From Antedon mediterranea (lineage: Eukaryota; Animalia; Echinodermata): 64,000 nt of DNA. The notes beneath the pieces are model-generated. The model searched no databases, was not told the DNA's origin, and saw only the letters and a program-made list of their open reading frames with translations. Positions 49,227 to 63,238 of the stretch are shown here, piece by piece. The stretch's first letter is position 1; the number at the start of each line of letters is the position of its first letter. A program made the position numbers and the translations under genes. The stretch lies in assembly GCF_964355755.1 (NCBI RefSeq), contig NC_092680.1, forward strand, positions 9,920,001 through 9,984,000, written 5' to 3'.

Positions 49227-52200
49227 TTATGTTTCAATTTGGGTGTTCATACCATTATATGGATTTGAATCTACAAACTGTTTCTCCAAATCTACTTCAG
49301 TTATTTCCTCACACAATTCACTGCTGCTGATGGTGCACTGAAAAAAAAGTATGTTATTGCTTAAAAACTTGTTAAAAAACTGGGAATCGGGTATTATTAA
49401 AACTAGAGGTCCAGTGTACACTTTTGCTACTTAAATTAAATTAGTTTATTATACCTGTATTTGTTCATATCTTTCAGAAAAATGGTTTGGTCTATATAGC
49501 ATTTTACTGAAGTTATTTGTTATAATTATTTGTTTATTTAATTTATTTCATGTTTTGTATATGTTGATTTGATGGGTATTAAAAATAAGGATATTTTAAA
49601 TTTTTGAAAACCTGACTACATCCTATTTGACATTGTATTGCAAACAGTCAATCTTTCAATTCATGAAAATATTTCCCCATTCAACTAATAAACATTATTT
49701 GTATACTAATTACCTGCTGCTTGTTCTCAGACCACTGTTCCATTGCCTCAGTCCCCAGATTCTTAAGTCGTTCCGCTTCCACATCTCTTTGGTCATATGA
49801 ATTCTGTGTCACTCTCATTTCTGAAAAAATAAATAAAAACACAAACAAATAATGTAAACTTGTGACTAGATAATTATGTTAAAGATGTATTGTCCACCTG
49901 AAAAAATCATTTTTTACATTTTTGTTGTTGAATGTGCCATTTTATTGCCACATAATAGTTATCCGTTTTGAAAAAAAATTGAATAAAAAAAAATATATTT
50001 ACCAGAAAAAAATGTAATTTAAAGCAAAATATAGTCAAATTGGCTGCCAGTCAAATTGGCTGCCAGCCAATGGGTTTTTGGTTGAATTTGACCAGAAAAA
50101 AACGTTATTTTGTTTGTTTTTTTTTTCACGGAAGGGATTAACTTTATTAAAACTACAAAATAACCTATTCAAACTCTGACTTAGTTATAATCTTCATTTT
50201 TCATGTTTTTGGGGGACAATACAATATATCTTTAAGTAGAAATTTAAAGTCAAAGCTGCAAATACGCAATTTATATTCCTTGGTATATGAGGATGTGTGG
50301 TACTTACAATGAGATTATATTGGCAACGCAGTTCATTATTACAACATGACAATGTATGTGTTCTTAACAATAAATCAAATTGTTTTTATAACTAAGTAAT
50401 ATTTTTTAGAAGACTTACGGTGGCCACATTTATGGTTTAAACCTGTTGGAATCACATTGCTGTCGGCATTTCACCCTATAGCCAATCTATATATACCTGT
50501 AGCTCATTAAGTACATACTTCTTTCTTTGTTTTTTGCAAGCATTTTTAGATAAATTTGTATCAAGAGGGTTTAATGTGATAATGGAAACTCTCTCTGCAC
50601 TTAAGCGTGGTTCCCACTAGCGACGCCTCGTAACACAACCGACGCAAATTAAACAAATGCCCTTCCAATAATTGTGTTTGGCCCCGCCTGCGTGAAATCA
50701 AACGTGCTTCTTGCGCGTCAACACTAGCATGCTGTAGACTTTGACCTGGTTCCCCAAGTGTTCTTTTGCCTTGCATTGTTGCAGGAAATCAAACTGATTT
50801 GATTTCCCGTAGCGATGTTTGCAGCAATGTTACGTCATTGGTTCCCACTTGTGATTATGCAATACAGCACTTGGCATCGATATACGCCGCCGTGTTGCGT
50901 TCTAGTGGGAACCACGCTTTAATAAGCATACTGATAGCCACTGATTAAATAAACTGTAATAAATACCATATTCACTTGTGGATACGTGAACACCAAAAGC
51001 AGAGAAGAGATTCGGTATACTGTATATCATTTGAAGAAAACTAGAACAGTAAATACTACCTTGTATAGTGATAGTTCCGTTACGTTCAAATTCAAAACCT
51101 TCTCCGTATATTCTACATTTGTATGTTCCCTTGGTTTTTGCATTGACAAACACCCTCAGTTGGCTTCTCACTTCGTTTTCAATTTTCTTGCCATGCAAAT
51201 AGTCATAGTTTATTTCTCCTTGAAGTAGATGCTCAATTTTTGTGAATGCTGCACCAGTTGTCAAACTAACGTTATCCTTCAGCCATTCCACCTCCAATGC
51301 AATGCCTTCCTCAACTGTTGCATGGCAATACAGGTATACAGCATCTCCAGGATCTGCTGTTATGTTCTCTGGACCAAATATCTCTTTTAAGGTTACTATG
51401 TCAAGAAACATATATTTCAGTTCATCAACCATGTAACCATATTAATTTAAATAAATTACTATTTATAATGATAATGGTGCTGTTTATCATTTTTTATTAC
51501 ACCATACGGCACTACCAAACAATAGAGGGTGCCACTACAAAGTAAAATATAAAGATACTACTAAGCAATTAGAGTGAGCCACTTTCAATGCTAAACAATG
51601 CCGTTTCATATTGATTCATGTAAAGTTTGCGGTACACTACGTGTACTGTATTAGTTCTGAAAAGTGAGGACGATCAAAGCATATTGATCGAAGCATATTG
51701 ATCGAAACGTCGAGGAACTCAACAGTTCTTTACAGAACTAATACACGTGGTGTACCGTAAACTTTACATCAACATTTGATTTCGCTATGCAAACCTTCAA
51801 ACAATATAATGCCATTTCATGGCAATTTAATATCAAACCTTCAGCTAGATTTTTACTTACTCATTTTATCAGACAGGTTAAAACCAAAGTAAAAATTGTA
51901 GCCAAGTGAACAGTCCAATCAAAATGTTTTAAATTAATTTGTTAATTGGCCATAAATAATTTAGAATTTTATTTTTGATACAATTGCAATTCTTTTATAG
52001 TTTGTTTATAAGCCTAAAGGGAGGGAAGAGTGAGATTTGATTATACATCCTCATCGCAGCACTTAGCCCATACAGTATATCAACCACCGAAGAAAACGGT
52101 GGCTTATTAATTCACACTATTGCTTTAATACCAAGGTATGCATAATATGATTAGGTTTGAAAAAATAACATATTGTACCTTCACATGATGCTTCCACTTC

Positions 52201-55200
52201 TCTAAAATTAAAGAAAAAGTTAATTATTAATAAAAAAAAAAACAAATTCTGTTATCAACTATGAAATCCATTAACTGTCCTGACACTCTTTAGGGCCCTA
52301 ACAAATAGTTATTTTTAGGGTACTCTTTTAAAAGCCCATTAAAACTGAAACATCACTCTCATTTTCACACCATCTTGATTGACTTAAATTTTAATCTCAT
52401 TACAATATCCATTAAACAACAGGGTGCTAATTAACAACTGCTACTCAAGGTCATGTTTGTTTGCTTATCTATGTGTAAATGCAAACATGCTTTCTGGTAG
52501 CTCCATGTTGTAAAATTAGTTCCGTACAATTTGTACTGTGGTTAGAATAGATATTTCATTTGCTGGTTAGCTGTACTTTACGTTATGCTATTATGAGTGT
52601 CCATAAAAAACATTTATAATTTTCACTGTTTGTAAATAAAAAGCCAACATTATTATTGCTTATATACATTACTTGTCTGAGAATATAATTATTTAAAACT
52701 TTACCACATGGTACGCAAACCCCCCTCTCCCACCTCCCCTTCCCAAAAAATGTATAGTGTCATAATTCTAAAAATTTGTATATAATGTAATTTTTAATTA
52801 AGTTTTTGTTTTGGGTTTATTTATATTGTACCATATAGAGTATTATATTATAAGAAAACGCAATTTTAAAATTTGCAATACTGTAGCCTGATCGTTTATG
52901 TACGGTAAAAAACATATGTGGAAAACCCCTTTCCAAATTCCTTTGCACGAAGTACATAGTGTACGTTTGATTCCCACAGACAATATCTAGCGTAGATAAT
53001 TTTATGTCAGGGAAAATAGGTTTTTCGATATCGCTGTGTCTACGTGTTTGCAATACACTGTTTGGTGTATAGTAAACATCTCCTGCAACGGACTATACCA
53101 TTTTTCGTTATGTTGGTTTTTACCACCAGAACAACATTGTGTACAAACCTATACGTAGATTATCAGAGAATCGATTTAAACGTAAATTTAGCAACTTCAG
53201 TTTGATTTAAATGAGCAGAGGATGTATCAAGGAAATATAGATTGAAACTATGTTTACATTTAACTACATATAAATGTGCCAATGAAATGTATTGAGCTTG
53301 TTTATCAACATAGTCCTGTTTATCAACATAGTCCTGTTTATCAACATAGTCCTGTTTATCAACATAGTCCTGTTTATCAACATAGTCCTGTTTATCAACA
53401 TAGTCCTGTTTATCAACATAGTCCTGTTTATCAACATAGTCCTGTTTATCAACATAGTCCTGTTTATCAACATAGTCCTGTTTATCAACATAGTCCTGTT
53501 TATCAACATAGTCCTGTTTATCAACATAGTCCTGTTTATCAACATAGTCCTGTTTATCAACATAGTCCTGTTTATCAACATAGTCCTGTTTATCAACATA
53601 GTCCTGTTTATCAACATAGTCCTGTTTATCAACATAGTCCTGTTTATCAACATAGTCCTGTTTATCAACATAGTCCTGTTTATCAACATAGTCCTGTTTA
53701 TCAACATAGTCCTGTTTATCAACATAGTCCTGTTTATCAACATAGTCCTGTTTATCAACATAGTCCTGTTTATCAACATAGTCCTGTTTATCAACATAGT
53801 CCTGTTTATCAACATAGTCCTGTTTATCAACATAGTCCTGTTTATCAACATAGTCCTGTTTATCAACATAGTCCTGTTTATCAACATAGTCCTGTTTATC
53901 AACATAGTCCTGTTTATCAACATAGTCCTGTTTATCAACATAGTCCTGTTTATCAACATAGTCCTGTTTATCAACATAGTCCTGTTTATCAACATAGTCC
54001 TGTTTATCAACATAGTCCTGTTTATCAACATAGTCCTGTTTATCAACATAGTCCTGTTTATCAACATAGTCCTGTTTATCAACAGTAGCCAAAATATTAT
54101 TCAGTGGTTGTATTTGTATGTCGAATCTTATAATGCCAAAATTGAAGGAAGGTACTGCCACCTACCAACTCCAAAATATGTATACGTGTAAACAAAATAT
54201 TCTCCTAATACGTTGTTTCTGTTGACATACATATAGGTTTATGCATATAAATAAATATAAGTAATAATGCATGTTTTCATCATGTATTTATATTACATCA
54301 TTGATTAAATTTATGTGAAACAAAGAAGAGAATGTTTATAAATATCAATACGCCTGCCAACTGGATCGCCATGTTGTGACGTAACATTCTCACATTTACA
54401 TTTTTTCATACATTTTTATAATTGCTATTTAAAAGATTTGCAGATAACATATTATTTGGACAACGATGATTTACTTACGTGCAATAAGGATCTTTTGTTA
54501 AGCACTTTTGAAAGTCTGTATTATAAGCATCGCAGTGATTAAGTGGTAGCCTTTGAATTGCATTCTCAGACCCAATAAAAATTAGGTCATCCCACAATTC
54601 CATTGTCAGTACTGGCTCTTTCACCTAAAGAGTGATAGTATAAATTTAAATTGTGTTTTTTCTCATTTTGGCTCTGGTGCTTCACCTGGACCCAATGTCA
54701 GATAGCTTTGTTATGAGCTGCAAAGGGATCACTGCACCAAGTACCAAATATGTATTACAGAGTATTATCCATGTTTTTCTTTTGGAGAAAAACAAAACAA
54801 AATACTGTACACCAAAGAATTGCCTTGTAGAGAGCACCCTTTGTAATTTGGTTTGTTAAAAACTGAATAGAAATGTCTACGACCAAAAGGCAATGGATTG
54901 TTTGGCAGATATCTTGTACATGGATGGACATACAGAGTGGTTGAAACATAACCACCTTGAAGGAGGTACAAACTGTACATAATTGTTTGTGGCCATAAAA
55001 TAAGCTTATTTTTAATCATGAATAAAGTTTGGCGTTTATATCAACAAACTCACATTAAGATTTATCTCTTGGGATAAAATTCCTCGACCTGCAGCTGGTT
55101 TTAAGAACTTGATTAAAGTACCACGATCTAGAATTGAAAAACATGATCACCATATTCTAGTTAAATTGCCAACAAAATATTCCATGGTCTCTCAATAGCA

Positions 55201-56422
55201 CAATCTGTTCAAGACATACATACATAAAGATATCTATGTACATACATCATAATAAAAAATGGCTCATATTAATTAATATTCCACACTGCAAGCAAACATG
55301 TGGAGCTGATTAATGGGAGCACATCCTGATTAAGTTTCCCTGGAAGACCAACTTCAGCAATGTACTGTTCCAAGTTAATCAACACCTGTGTGATTAATAG
55401 AGTTTGACTCCGCCATGTTACATGAACAAAAACACCATTCTCACCTGTGCCAATGTAAAACATGTCTTGTCCAGAATCATTCACATCTTCCTTGACTACC
55501 AACTGCAAGAAGCGAACGTCTTTCTGTGTAAGTAGTGGATTGTCTGAATCACGTTCCAGTGTTGGCGGACTAGGAGCTTCTCGATATTCTGCTAAATTTG
55601 GCACAGGTTGGTTAATGAGTGAGTAAGATCTAATTTTTGCATAGTTTGCTTCTGGCTGCACATCTGAACACTAAACAGCAGTTTAATAAAATGTATAGTA
55701 TTACAAAAGCAAAAGTTCTGTAGATAAATATAGTCTTAAAAGAACACTCTGGGTTTAAAATTGAATTAAGATAAGAAAACTTCCAATTTAGTTCTACAAT
55801 TTGGTTCAATCTGGTTCTACAGTCTGGTTTTAATAGTCAAGTTCAACACTATGGTTTAATCTGGTTGGTTCAGATGGCTGTGATTTTATTTTGGAGAAAT
55901 TGTAATCATTTATATAAATGTCTAAAATATGATTAAACTTACTTATTATTCAATATTTTGCCTGGGTAATGACTCCAAAATATTTCTTATATACAGTATC
56001 TAACATTAATAACAGTATTTGTCTAATACTTACACTTCCTGGCCTTGGTGTTGGGGGAATTGTGGGCTTCAGCCACAGAGAGTTTGGCGTCTCCTGTCCT
56101 TTCAAATCACCTTCATTCATTAAAAGTTCAATCTCATCCATGTTGTAGGTGCATAGAGCAGAGCCAGGCTGACCATATCTACAATACAAATTAACAATAA
56201 ATTAAAAAATAACGTGTGCCTACTAAGTTGGTTGATTGGTAGTGTGGTAAGGTGTTTTAGTCCATAGTCAAAACACTCCATCTGAAATACCAATTTAAAT
56301 TGTAAAATATTAAAATATGTAATTGTTGTTTATTTATATAAATCATTAGTAAATAACTTACTCTTGTGTTGTAAACACAGCGTAAATGGTGTTATTCATT
56401 GAAGGAGACTGATAAATATCCT
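49227..56422 (-). CDS. Secreted semaphorin (Sema-PSI-Ig, class 2-like), 3' part; 5' exons lie beyond the window
   Basis: Exons 56422-56362, 56178-56034, 55670-55445, 55127-55054, 54624-54479, 52201-52179, 51395-51060, 49820-49714, 49337-49227, all phase-compatible. IYAVFTT, GSALCTYNM, PTPRPGSC, MFYIGTDRG, PSI CLTKDPYC, Ig C..W..GTYKC; no transmembrane helix seen. Confidence 0.85.
49879..50235. mobile_element. TTAA-flanked MITE
   Basis: TTAAAGATGTATTGTCC..GGACAATACAATATATCTTTAA imperfect inverted termini. Confidence 0.55.
50604..50918. mobile_element. Harbinger-like MITE
   Basis: TIR AGCGTGGTTCCCACTAG / CTAGTGGGAACCACGCT with TTA TSD. Confidence 0.8.
51618..51800 (+). mobile_element. Penelope-type inverted pLTR remnant with hammerhead-like motif
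   Basis: Inverted arms ATGTAAAGTTTGCGGTACAC../..GTGTACCGTAAACTTTACAT around TGAGGA-C-GATCAA agcata TTGATC..GAAACGTC. Confidence 0.55.
53299..54084. repeat. Perfect 18-bp minisatellite, ~43.5 copies, in a semaphorin intron
   Basis: (TGTTTATCAACATAGTCC)n with no visible variants. Confidence 0.97.
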
Positions 56423-57513
56423 CTGCAAAAAATATAAAACTGAAATAAGTAATCACTCATTGTAAATTAGATATTAACTAAAAGAATTATCTTGGCTTGT
56501 ACAAATCATAATACGTATACTTTGCCTTTTAGAGTTTCTTTTTTTTTGTCTTGTGTGAGTTCATCTCACGTTTATTTAAATTCTCAGTGATGAATACATT
56601 ATATACATATAATTACATTTGTGACAATTAAAGCAAGTGTTTAAAGTAGTTAAATACAGGTATATTTACATACGATGCCAGAATTCAGTTTAAAAGTTTA
56701 GATACGATGTTAATTAAAATGTAAAAATGAAAAATGGCGGTAAAATACATGATTAAAATTGTTAAACTATCTTATTTGTGTTCAAGTAGAGAGGCTATAA
56801 ACTCAGGAGAGGAAAATGTAGTATCCTCCCTTTTCACCAAGATAAAAAGGATGAAATGAAAAAAGAGGAATGCAAAAGTTTGTAAGTTAGATATTTAGAA
56901 TGATAGCATGAAATGATTTATTTAATGAAAACCGTAAGGTTAGAGTCCATACACTGTGCAATCCAAGATGCGATTTTGGCTCTGTGCGTATGTGAGACAC
57001 ATACCCGATGTCATCTTAGTACTACTTACAATTTGTATTTACGATAATATAAAATATTGCAAATATAGAAAAATATATATATTGAACATATACCAATACA
57101 TACAGATTATATTGACATGCCATCAAATTATATTGCATCATTAAATACATTAAATGATTCATGAATCACATGTACATGTATTTGAATAATTGTCATCTTA
57201 AAAAGTTAAGATGCCTAAAAACAGAGTTTACGTTAATATACAGGATGATAAGGTAAGAAAAAAAAAAGGAATCAATAAAATAATTAAATTATTACCATCA
57301 AGTCTTTTGATAGTTTTAATAGTTTATCTTTATGCATTAAAATTCATTTGTTAATAAATGCTTTAATTCATAGCAAAATAATCTTAAAAATTATTTTTGA
57401 TTCCTGATTTTGTTTCTTTTCTTTTCTTATTACTAAACAGGATTTATAAATGCAAAAAGTAAATATTGAAGTAAGTTAATTTACTGTTTTCATTTCCGTT
57501 CCGTTAACAATAC

Positions 57514-58022
57514 TAGGGAGGTTTCGCAACCTTACGAATACGATAACGAAAACGGATACGTCATACATTTGTGAAACTTTTGAGCTGATCCCCATTTCAT
57601 ATTCGTAAAGTGTATTCGTGTTGACGAATATCACCAGTCATATTCGTAACTACAAAACGAGTATAGTTTTTGATCTATTTGCACATTTTGCATTTGAATC
57701 AGGAATGATTTATGATTATAATATAGTTATAGATTTATTGAAAGTAATTTACTAAAGTAATTTACTAAAATGCCAAGTCAATTTTGATAAATAGCAGTTT
57801 TTAAAGTCCTCACTCGCTTTGATGTTACGCTACGTCTAGGCAGCCAAGCACCAAGCAACACGTATCTGCGCTTCGCTCAAATTTACCGCAGTCATATTTT
57901 GGACGCGCCTCAATATTTCGTTGCCATGCGAAACAGATTTTTTTATGGCTTACGAAAACGAATACGTGTGCGTGACGTATCCGTTTTCGTTATCGTATTC
58001 GTAAGATTGCGAAACCTCTCTA
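57514..58022. mobile_element. MITE with ~50-bp TIRs (Harbinger/ISL2EU-like termini)
   Basis: TAGGGAGGTTTCGCAACCTTACGAATACGATAACGAAAACGGATACGTCA and its inverse at 57974-58022. Confidence 0.75.
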
Positions 58023-58569
58023 TTACGCCATGTTATCAGTCTTTTCTACAAAACAGTTCGAGATCAAAAACTTAAATACAATATATGGGTTTAATCTTAT
58101 TACATGAAAATAACAATTGTTTTTCATTTTCAATTTATTTATTTATAGAAAGATTCCAAATTTTTAGCTTACTACACGCAAGAATACGATGTAGTAGTTT
58201 GAAATTGAATTGCGCAACTTTTGTGATATGTTGCATAGAAAACAACTTGTTATACCATACGGTATCCAATTCAAAAGTGAAATTTTTTAATTCTATCTCC
58301 CATTTTTTTGTGCTATAAGAGTTGATACTAAATTTTCCACAAATAAATTATAAGGTAGTTTTGCATTAAGTTGTTTTGTATGAAGCCAAAAGCAATCAGT
58401 GTTTGTTTGATTAATATTTCCATGTTCACCATTCAAAATAATTTCCTTCCATGTTTCTGTGATAGTAATTGAACTTCATTCAATGGTAATAATATATTCT
58501 CCTAATAATTATGTCATTCATTGTTCTAAAGCCAAACTTTAAAATAGATTGACTTTCCATTTAACTGTA

Positions 58570-60066
58570 TACAACTGTCAAGTTGAAAGGTATCTTTCCA
58601 AAAATAATATACTTTATGCCTATCAATCCGGTTTTCGGCAGGCCCATTCAACTGAAAGCAACCTCATAAATCTCATCGACGGTTTAAAAAACAATAAGTC
58701 CAAAGGCCTTCTTACTGGAATGGTTCTAATTGACTTACAAAAAGCTTTCGATACCGTCAATCATGTGATTTTAATTAACAAGCTAAATTGCATGGGTTTT
58801 AAGTGTACTGACTAGTTTCAATCTTATCTCGCTAAACCGTACACAAGTTGTCAGTGTGAATGGTATCTGCTCTGAACCTCTTATAGTTACTCATGGTGTA
58901 CCGCAAGGTAGCATCTTGGGCCCTATTCTTTTTCTATGTTATGATATTGCTTCTTGTATTGATTCTGATGTTCAATTTTGCTATATGCTGATGATTCTAC
59001 GATTCTGTATTCTCATCACGATGCCACCAAAATTGCTCATAAATTAAGTACTGTCCTAGCTAAGTGCCAGGACTGGTTAACTGAAAACAAATTATCTTTA
59101 CATGTTGGCAAAACCGAAAGTATTATCTTTGGTAGCAGAGCAAAGCTTAACAAAGTTAAAGAGTTTTCTGTGGAATTTATGGGCCATAAATTAAAAGTAC
59201 TAAGCAAGTTAAAAAATATTTGGGTATTGATTTAGGGACCAATATGTATCATGTGATATTATTGCAACTAGTGTTATCAGTAAAGTTAAGTCAAGGTTGA
59301 AGTTTTTACATAGGCAAAGTTCATGCTTGAATAAAAAATGTCGTAAACTATTAAGCACTGCTTTAATACAATGTACATTTGACTATTCTGCCTCGGCATG
59401 GTACAGCGGTGTCAATAAGAATCTTAAACATAAATTACAAACTGCCCAAAACAAGATGGCACGTTTCATTTTAAATGTTGGTCCGAGGTCCAAGCCTCAG
59501 AAATAAGTTTTTAAGATTAAATTATGTTCACAAAATTCGCTATAACTTTAATACGCCTTCTTTCCTTAAGTATAACTTTTTGTTAATTTCTGATCATCAT
59601 AACCATTTCACCAGGGGTACAACATTTAATTTTGTCACTCCTAAGGCTACTCTACTGGAGTTAATGATTCAACTTTTTATTTCTTAGGTATCCGTGACTG
59701 GAACAGGCTCCCCAATTCACTCAAATCAATACAAAATAATGCAACCTTCAAAATAAAACTTAAGAATATTTTAATAATGAACAGCTTGGAATATCAGTTT
59801 AATTAAGTTATTTTTTAATATTGTTTTTTGATGTTATCTTGTCTTATATGTATTTTCTTGTTTTTCCATTTTTACTGCGTCCAACTTAATGATATATTGT
59901 ACTAGGCCCAACCACTCACTTTTTCAGTCATTACGGATTGGACCCTATTGGAAATAAGTTTAATTTTTATTTGTCGACTTAATGGGTTATCCAGGTATTC
60001 TTTTTGTACATTGTATATTTTAACTTTTGTGTATGAATATCGAATAAAATCAATCAATCAATCAAT
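58570..60066 (+). mobile_element. 5'-truncated, degenerate L2/Crack-type LINE
   Basis: YQSGFRQAHST, IDLQKAFDTVNH, GVPQGSILGPILF, LYADDS, LSLHVGKTE; ends AATAAA(ATCA)n. Confidence 0.85.
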
Positions 60067-61999
60067 ACATTTATTTTCCCACAATTGTTGGTTTTTAACA
60101 TCTTTAATGTTCAGTTAAAGTTGTTAATATTAACTATATCAATTAGCATTTCTCTCTCTCATTCTGATCTATATTATATATAGATCAGATTGATCTTCAT
60201 TATTCATTTGAGTGATATTTACAGTATACTTAATAAGGTGCATAAAATAATTTGGTATACATTTCCATTTTCCTGGATCTGGGGTATTAGGAGTCGCTTA
60301 ACCCAGTTTAGCTTCAATGCTTTGACTTTTGCATTAAAATTAATCATATTTAATTTATAATGCTAGCATTGTATATTAGTTTAGATATGGCTAACTAGAT
60401 TTGAACTCATCACTATACACGAGTTAGGTTATCCGCCGCGCAAACGCCACGTGGACATTATACATTATTGATTGACCTACAGTAGACAGCATCAAAATAT
60501 GGGGGAAAATAGAATACGGATAAGTGGAGATGCGCTCTATTATACTCATACAACTCATCTACTTACAGAATATGTAGTAAAAATAAAACTTTACTATGTA
60601 GTTTAGAAACTATGACTGGTTAAAAAAAAGGCATAATTTTGACGATTTTTTTAACTTTTTCATCAAAAACATGTGCGAATTGTTCAATTCGACGTGCTCG
60701 TGTGACATGAATTTGAGTCGAAATTGTTTGAAAGTCAGTAAAATTACTAGAAAAGCCTAAAAAACATAAATCACGCAAACAAAGATGTTTTCAGCGGTAC
60801 GTGCACGTAAAAAAATGCACGCACATGGGAATTTTTGACATGCTTAAAATTACATGAAACATGAAATTAATTTTCGCATTTCAAAATTTTAAACGCGCAT
60901 GCGCACGTAACTTTCTGTGAAACATTTTTATTCCACAGAAAGTTAACGCATGATATAATTCAACTTTTGCTAAGTTTCCATTAAAAATGTTATTTGGTTT
61001 TTGACCAATGTTAAATACGCGAAATTCATAAAATCGTACGTAAGCCACGTTACGCAATTACAAACGTCATGAAAACCTTAGCTGCAAAACTTTAATATGT
61101 GAATGACGATATGTTGAGAAAGTTACGAAATGTTATGTTTGCAAGTTTTAGAGATACGCGTGACACAAACATCACAGAAAGAAAGAAGAAAAAGAAAGAC
61201 GATTCCGTACAATCACAAGGGTTATCCTGCAACTTCGTTATTGGTTATTGGAACGTAACATTTCTTCTCTTCCATAATCTTAAGATATTTTCTAAAGAAA
61301 TAATCTTATCGTCCAAGTTTTTCTTTTCACATAATTTGTTATCATATCCAACATAAATTCCTAGAAACTTTACAGGTTTCTTTGGCTATGTAATATTACA
61401 TGGTTCTGACATATTATGTTTACTCGCCCCAATCCACATGCCATTTGTTTTTCCTTTGTTTAATCTTAAACCTGATATTCTACAGAATAGCTCAATCTCA
61501 TGTAAAAAACAAATCAACGATTCTTTTGTAAAGATGATATTATCGTCTGCAAGCTGAGCAATCTTAACAGTACATTCTTCATTCATTCATATTTTTGGCA
61601 ATTCAATTCTTTTACATAGGGGATTGTTCCGTATGTTACAGGCCATTAACTACCGAAATAAATAACAATGCCGGTAAAAGACACCCTTGTCTTATTCCAC
61701 ATTCCATCCTAATGCTTTCCGACATCCAACCATTATTTATCATTATACTTTCTGTATCAGTAGATATTACTTTAATGCATTTAATAAAAGAAAGACCAAA
61801 TCTAAATTTTGTTATCGTTTCTAACATTAAATTTCTGTTTACCGTATCAAACGCTTTTGCAAAATTGAGGAAACTTAAGACGCCGGGTTTGTTTTTTATA
61901 TTAGTAAAAGAAAGTATATCTTCTACAATTCTTATATTTTCACCACCAAACCTTCCAGTAATGTAACCTTTTTGATCAGAATGTATAATAGTTAAAATT

Positions 62000-63238
62000 T
62001 AATTATATCTCAACTGTAATAGTAATAGTAAATAACGATTATTTTATTTACCTGACATTTCGCCAACTATCAGTTGGCTTTCTCAAAGTGTGGTTAAGGA
62101 ATACATCTGGATCAGGAAGACCCCCAATTTTAATAGAGATGAGGGCGGTTACAAACTCAGTCAATTGTGGACCAATGTGTTGACCAAGTCATCAAGAGGT
62201 CAACTGTGACATACGTGTCACTACACTTTGAGAAAGCCAACTGATAGTTGGCGAAACTTCAGGTAAATAAAATATTATTTACTATTACGATTGAGATATT
62301 ATACAAATAATGAATGTTTATGAGTGTAATGGTACAAATAATGGCATGAGGTGAATGATAAAATGTTATATCAACGAGGCAACGCCGAGTTGATATAACC
62401 TTTCATCATTCACCAAATGCCATTATTTGTACCATTACACGAATATAAAACATTCATTATTTGTTTTATATAACATAAATAAATCCCTGTCATTTGAATC
62501 AAATAAAAGGTAGGCCTAGCCAAGGCCTACATTTGTTTCACATTGATTAACAGTAAAATTTGGTTTTTAATAATTATATTAGATATTATTATTTATATGG
62601 ATTTTATAAATGCACCTACTGTTAGTGTTAATTATGTCAACAAACAATCCTAGGCCTAGCAAGGCTAAAACGCCTAGGCCAGCCTAATACTAACAGGCCT
62701 AGCCTAAGCCTACTACTACCTACTACTACTACTAGGCTAGGCTGAAAGACAGAAATACAAAACTTCGACAGGCAACTGGAATTAATCCAGGCTAATTATG
62801 TTTTTTTGCAACGATTCCACGTCTTGTAGAGATGTTCCCAGTAATTAATCAAAATCCTAAAAATGATCCTAATTTAAATGCCTTTTTGAATGAAATTAGT
62901 ACATATAATATCTCCAAATCATACACCAAAATCTGCTGCTGCATATCTCGCGGTTGTTTTTACAAACAAAACTGAGGCCAGACGACAGGTGGCGCTGTTG
63001 TATTTCACAGTAAAAATATATACTAGATTTTTTTTTTCATCCGCGAAACATTTTTTTTTTTCGTACACAAAAATGTTTTAAAAAGTACTATTAAACGATC
63101 GTTTAATAGTGCGTACTATTGCACGCCATGCATGTAACCCACATTCGTCCAATCAAATGACAGGAATTTATTTAGGTGTTATATAAAATTAACTAATTAC
63201 ATTTTATTTGTAATACCAACCGAATTAATCTTTTTAAT
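62000..63238 (+). mobile_element. Penelope-like 3' end with inverted pLTR, inserted in the LINE
   Basis: VKEYIWIRKTPNFNRDEGGYKLSQLW (GIY-YIG C-terminus) lies between inverted copies of a hammerhead-like repeat; TGTATAATAGTT(A/G)AAATT is duplicated on both sides. Confidence 0.7.
62299..63186. mobile_element. Palindromic non-autonomous element, copy 2
   Basis: Same ends and hairpin as 4107-4410, with a longer interior. Confidence 0.65.

Noticed and set aside
50470-50478. In-frame TGA/TAG in the semaphorin segment as selenocysteine or readthrough
   Set aside because: Accompanied by a frameshift and a lost acceptor, with no SECIS seen; decay is simpler.
53163-54191. ORFs with (VDKQDY)n, (MLINRT)n, (YQHSPV)n, (FINIVL)n
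   Set aside because: Translations of a perfect 18-bp intronic repeat with no synonymous variation.
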